Assembly: GCF_035084215.1 (NCBI RefSeq)
Contig: NC_090365.1
Span: 5,084,001 to 5,148,000, forward strand
Length of the DNA: 64,000 nt
Source: Heptranchias perlo
Lineage: Eukaryota
Direction of reading: 5' to 3'
In this document: piece by piece, positions 61,651-64,000 of the stretch
How the letters are laid out: each line of letters opens with the position of its first letter
How positions within the stretch are numbered: position 1 is the stretch's first letter
Program-made: the position numbers and the translations under genes
The notes under the pieces: generated by a model
What the model was told of the DNA's origin: nothing
Database searches by the model: none
The model's input: the letters and a program-made list of their open reading frames with translations, nothing else

Positions 61651-61879
61651 GGTAATGAACACGGCAGCTCAGGACTTGTTCTGAACCAGCATCACTATCC
61701 ATGGAGAGCTGCCGTGCCACTTACCCTTGCAAAACCATTTCAGTACTACCCACTCTAAAGGTATCTTTTGTAGCCAATTTGTTTAAAAGAAAGTCCAAAT
61801 TGAAGATGTATTTTAGTTTTAGTGATTGATTTGTAGTGAAGAAGATTTTTTTCCAAAAAAATTCATCTATCTTTCTTTT

Positions 61880-62290
61880 TGCTCTCTCCCCTCATCTGTT
61901 TTCTCCACTCCCCCCGCCCCGACTTTTGCTGAGGTACAGTTCCACAGGCACTAACCACCCTTAAGTACCTCTGCCAAGTGGCCATTCTCTAACTGTGTAG
62001 CTAGATTACAAATGACTGCGGGATATTCAATCCCTTGTGGGGGGGTGCGGCATATCACAGACTAGTTCAGTCCTGTCCTCCCTTAGCATCCACACAAGCT
62101 CACTTGTAGCAATATTCATTGGGTAGCAGTCAGGCGATGGCTGTTTTTTGTCCTTCCCCCGATTCAGTGTCACCGAGGTCAATTGCTGCCCCAGCTGAGA
62201 CCAGATAAGTCTGCACAGATGAGGTATCGAACGTGGGACCGTCCTGGTCCGTGTTGCTCACTGGATAAACTCGCTGACCCACTGGGAGTT
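61880..62290 (-). mobile_element. Old tRNA-derived SINE (same family as 1340-1740)
   Basis: Minus strand GAATGGCCACTTGG..GGTAC..GTGCCTGTGGAACTGTACCTCAGC; CAGCTGAGA core on plus. Confidence 0.6.
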
Positions 62291-63787
62291 GCTGTAAAAA
62301 TAATCTTTATATTTGTAAAATGTGACAGCACCAGAGATTTTAGGAATCCAAACACATTCCATCTTCACTGACTGTTTTGACCTCTTCATGGTCAAAATTA
62401 ATTTGTGTTACTGGTCCAGGAAACTAGTGACCCAGAAACAAACACGAGATCTAACTTTATTTTTGCTGAATGCATTCTGAGGTAACTTTTTTCTGTCTTT
62501 TCTTTGTTTTATCCTTTATAATTCTCTTTCCCCCTCCCCTTTCCATACTTCTGTGTTTCATAGAATTTACAGCACAGCAACAGGCCATTCGGCCCAACAG
62601 GTCTATGCCGGTGTTTATGCTCCATACGAGCCTCCTCCCACCTTAGTTTATCTCACCGTATCAACATATCCTTCTATTCCTTTCTCCCTCATATACTTAT
62701 CTAGCTTCCCCTTAAATGCATCATGCTATTCGCCTCAACTACTTCATGTGGTAGTGAGTTTATTTCCTATTTATTCAAATCAATACAACTAATAATGCAC
62801 TGATTCTGAGTTTTTGCTTTGCCCATCATCTGCATCTCAGTTGGGGCATCCACTTGACCATCAGTCTGCTAAGGGACATTTTCACCAGGTCAGAGTTTGG
62901 CACCTTTACCGTTTTACTGTTGGATGTGAAGGGTATTCCACTTCTTGTGAAATACTATTCAAATTGTTTGCACTGGTAACTCGCTGGCTAACAGTTTGAT
63001 TGTGGGAGAAGAGTGAAACTTATTTTGCACACAGGGGAATTACAGGATTTAGACCCAAACACCATCACCATAAGGATCGCAGAGGTTTAAGGAGGCCCAC
63101 CACCGCCTTTACAGGGCAACTAGGGATGGGTAGTAAATGTGGCCTTGCCAGTGATGCCCACATCCCGAAAACAAAAAAAATGTGCTGCTATCACATTTGG
63201 TTTTGTCAGATTTTAACAAAAAAGCTGAGAAAACTCAGATAACGTCATATTGATGAAACTTCGCCAAACATATTAGTGATTAGAGGTTTGAAAATTCACA
63301 ACTATCCTTTCTTAGCCAAGAATGAATTTTTTCAATGTTATCATTCTGATAAATTGACTTCAGAACACAAGAAATAGTAATATTAGGAGTAGTATACTCT
63401 TGTTATAAAACATCTTGAATGTGGTTAATTCTAGCTTTGAAGCTAATTTATGCATTGAACATTAAATTTATATGTGCTAACCAATAGAATAAATAGACAT
63501 CTGCTGGAAATCTGAAATAAAAAGAGAAAATATTGGAAATACACAGTAGGTCCTTTTAAGGAGAAAAGACAGGTTATCATTTTTGGTGTGTATCCTTCAA
63601 CAGAACTCATCACAAATGTCTTAACCTGCCGTTTCTCTTTCCAGTGCTGACTGCCTTGCTGTGGATTTCCAGCTTATTTCTGTGTTTAGGCTTTATCTAA
63701 TGCAGATTACTGGTGGCGATGTCATTAGAATTGCAGCCAAGCCGAAAGGTCCTATGTCTGTCTATTTGAACACTGCAAAATTCTCAG

Positions 63788-63888
63788 CAATAAAAACAGA
63801 AAATGCTACAAATACTCAGCAGGTCAGGCAGCATCTGTGGAGAGAGAAACAGAGTTAATGTTTCAGGTCGATGACCTTTCATCAGAAC
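63788..63888 (-). mobile_element. Penelope-type short element (second family) carrying a hammerhead motif at 63854-63888
   Basis: Minus strand GTT-CTGATGA-A-AGGTC-atc-GACCT-GAAACATT-AAC followed by TCTGTTTCTCTCTCCACAGATGCTGCCTGACCTGCTGAG. Confidence 0.75.
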
Positions 63889-64000
63889 AAACTACCCAGC
63901 AGTTTGATTATAGATTTTTTTTTCCAAACTTGGATTTTGTCTGGAGAGAACATTTTGAGCTTTGCAACATGAGTGAAACGCTGGTTGATACAGATATGTC

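Overview
Vertebrate genomic DNA, most likely an elasmobranch (inferred from the CR1/L2/Deu-domain SINE/Penelope repeat content). Bases 48-4229 hold the 3' end of a non-muscle alpha-actinin gene on the + strand, best read as ACTN4. It includes both alternative EF-hand-1 exons (19a at 48-128, 19b at 409-474), exon 20, the terminal exon and a long 3' UTR. The 19a-19b intron has a ~237-nt AG-free zone and a candidate branch point only ~41 nt from the 19a donor, which could enforce mutual exclusion sterically. The rest is repeat-rich: a full-length decayed CR1 (11111-15764), a young CR1 nested inside another CR1 that itself splits a SINE-derived 30-bp minisatellite (20515-25937), and many L2 tails and SINEs. 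Several small Penelope-type elements carry minimal hammerhead ribozyme motifs; two have perfect inverted repeats and target-site duplications (17974-18145, 38746-38960). A CpG-rich promoter-like island with tandem RFX X-box-like repeats at ~27070-27660 probably starts an unidentified downstream gene. No searches were run: family names come from recall, and repeat boundaries are approximate unless a TSD is given.
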